Part shown: one piece after another, positions 61,630 to 64,000 of the stretch
How the letters are laid out: each line of letters begins with the position of its first letter
How positions within the stretch are numbered: position 1 is the stretch's first letter
From: Polymyxa betae A26-41
Taxonomy: Eukaryota; Protista; Endomyxa: Phytomyxea
Length of the DNA stretch: 64,000 nt
NCBI GenBank assembly: GCA_003693705.1
Contig: RBZT01000588.1
Span: 1-64,000 of the forward strand
Reading direction: 5' to 3'
Translations under genes and position numbers: made by a program
Notes under the pieces: generated by a model
What the model was told of the DNA's origin: nothing
The model's database searches: none
What the model saw: the letters and a program-made list of their open reading frames with translations, nothing else

Positions 61630-63136
61630 TTCCAAAAACATAACCATAATGGAATCAAATAAAACTAACTGAGCCAAGTAAAGGTAGTCTTGTTACTTAG
61701 AAGTTGTGTAACGAGTTGTCAAGTGCGTAACATTACATTAGAGGCGCAGCAGTCTCGAGGTCTCTGGGTCTACATTAGGTGGCTCTCCATTCAAGCAGTT
61801 ATCGCCAACATTGTTAGAGGTTAGATTAGAGTGATGTAGCAGGCGGTCGATCGAAAGGTATCACGCCAGCATCAATCAGGATGGACCTAATTGAGGAAAG
61901 ATTACTCAAGATTCATTCTTGTTGAATATACTGCAGCGAAATCCTTCCTAAGCAAACGGATTTAGAAGGAGTTCATAGACCTTTGTGCTATAATGTTTTC
62001 CGGTTTTTGAATAGCACTCTTGTCACATTCGTATTACAGATCGGCAGCTGGACATAGCGGACCAACATTGGCATTAAGTTCGATTCGTTTTGAAACCTTC
62101 GCTGGTTTGCCGATAAATCAGATCATCTGGCTGCCAAGTTTGGCATAGATCAAGAATCGAAGTTGTGCCGATTGCTAATGAAGGCTGTGCCCAAATGCGC
62201 TCGAGTGTCTCTCAATGAATGCAGATTTTGTAATTTGTAGAGCAGAGACGAATTCTGCCGATCACCGGCGCGGGTAGGATCGGGGCTTCCACAATACAGA
62301 CATAGGAACCCGGAGAGTAATCCCAACAGCCGAAAGCTTGCTGTATCGTGGATGTTTAAACTGAAAGCCAGTTATGAGCTGGTTTCCATTTGCTCAGGAA
62401 AGCCGCAAATGGAATTGGATTCATTACGGGACGGGCGCCGATCAAGGAACACTCATCTGAATACGAATCGCGGAGCTGACCTTACTGCAACTACGAGGGG
62501 GTTACTGGCATCGATGAGATACATTGCCGATCGAAATCAAAATCTCATCGGCTGGTCATTGGTTATATTGTCTGCGAAGACCAATGGGATTGACCCAATC
62601 GGGTGTTGCCTTCTGAATCTTTATTGAAACCCAGAGCACTTCAGGTTCTAGAACCGTCTTTCTAGAGAACGACAAACAGGTTTTGGTCAAGTCACTCCCA
62701 CCAACAATCGGAACTCTCCCGGATTCCAATAATCAAAGCCGTTCTCCAGCAAGCAATGGCTGATATAGGTATATATTGTGACGCAGCGAGCCATTCGATA
62801 TTCGGTGCCTGAGGCGGAGTACATGTAGCCCCTGATGTATCTTCTTGTCGAATGCACTGAAATGTATTTTTAGATCAGCGCTGAAACCCGCCCCAACCAA
62901 AACATATTAGAAATGGCCAACAAATTCGCAACTAAGCTGTACAGCTAGATCCCGAATGGGGCGCCATGTTTAGCGCTAGCGCGGCCTTTGCCTAAGTACA
63001 CAACCACTTGAAAGCAATCCCATTCGGCACTCCAGATTCAATACGAACATTTGTTGCTGTCAGTTAGCTGTTGGCTATTTTAGAAACCTGCTGGCTGCCA
63101 AAACGATCGCAATAAACAAGCTTGATCCTTTCGCTG

Positions 63137-64000
63137 ATGGAGCCATCCTCTGTCTGGTCCAAAACCCTTTCACAAGTTTGTTGTGAGGATGTTTGAACTT
63201 AATAACCTTGTTGATGAGTGGCATTAGTATTATGATGAAATACAAGAGGCTGCCAAGTTGGTGTTATCTCGTTTGGGAGAAGTCGATGTTGCTGTGGTGC
63301 TCGGAAGTGGGCTGAGCTCTTTCTCATCGAATTTATCTTCGACAAAGAAAGTTGCATACGAAGATATACCTCATATGCCTCGCACTACAGTTTCTGGTGG
63401 AGAGATCAAAATATTGTCAGCGCTGTATATTAACATTGTAAAGGACACGCTGGCGAGCTTATCTCTGGTCAATTACCGACAAAATCTGGGAACACCTTGA
63501 GGATTTTATGCTTCTCTGGGCGAGTTCACTGGTATGAAGGGTTTACTTTTGAACAGGTACGCCGTCGCTGAATATCTTTCCTCGTAATGCCAAAATCCAC
63601 CTTCAGGTTAACTTTCTAGTTAGACTGGCAGCTGCCTGCGGCTGTTCGTCGTATATTCTGACAAATAGTGCTGGTGGTGCGATTCCTCACATGAATCCCG
63701 GATCAGCGATGATTATAACAGATCACATTCGGTTCACTCGAATCGGTTTGTTTGTTTGTGCACATCCAATGTTTTCTGCTCACATTTTTCTGTTAAAGAT
63801 CCACTTCGGGACGTTGTTGCTGATCAACGCTTATGCCCTCCTAATCTTGAAAATGTCAGTGTCTGAATTGCTGATTCTAAATCTTACGGGTGATTCAGAC
63901 CGGCCTTTACAGTAATCGGCTCATCAAGTTAGCAAAAGAAGCAGCTGAGAAATTAGGGGAAACCGTCTACGAAGGCGTGTACTGCTGGTGTGGAGGGCCC
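63137..64000 (+). CDS. PNP: Purine nucleoside phosphorylase (PNP-I type), truncated by the window end
   Basis: VAVVLGSGL, YEDIPHMP.TTVSGHAG, GRVHWYEG, ILTNSAGG, IITDHI, EGVYCWCGGP. Confidence 0.92.

Noticed and set aside
61640-63130. Possible minus-strand spliced gene between G-alpha and PNP
   Set aside because: Some splice-like signals, but every frame I tried hit stops and no family was recognisable.

Overview
This is a gene-dense eukaryotic (protist-type) chromosome segment, not a prokaryotic one. Genes are split by many short GT-AG introns (about 45-60 nt) and intergenic spacers are often under 300 bp, so the ORF track mostly shows exon fragments that I re-spliced by eye. The intron size, compaction and gene set resemble a phytomyxid/plasmodiophorid rhizarian, but that is inference only. 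Genes in order: secreted fasciclin with a Gly/Asn repeat tail, intronless cytochrome P450, SAP-Ssu72 phosphatase, GNAT-like multidomain protein, ABCB/P-glycoprotein, Rpn9/PSMD13, Nup188, PZP-ORC3, patatin-type TAG lipase, Nup50-like nucleoporin with a RanBP2 zinc finger, tripeptidyl peptidase II, RAP-domain helical-repeat protein, U4 snRNA flanked by two unexplained structured RNA candidates, acyl-CoA oxidase, two head-to-head ubiquitin-like/4-TM paralogues, SZT2, SURF1, G-alpha and purine nucleoside phosphorylase (truncated by the window). The most notable observations are: (1) ORC3 fused within one exon to a complete PHD-Zn knuckle-PHD histone-reader module; (2) a membrane-anchored P450 whose I-helix acid-alcohol pair is replaced by Arg-Pro, as in bacterial CYP152 fatty-acid peroxygenases; (3) a SAP-Ssu72 fusion; (4) a small-RNA cluster around U4. 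Splice models and family calls come from manual motif recognition; no database search or folding program was run.
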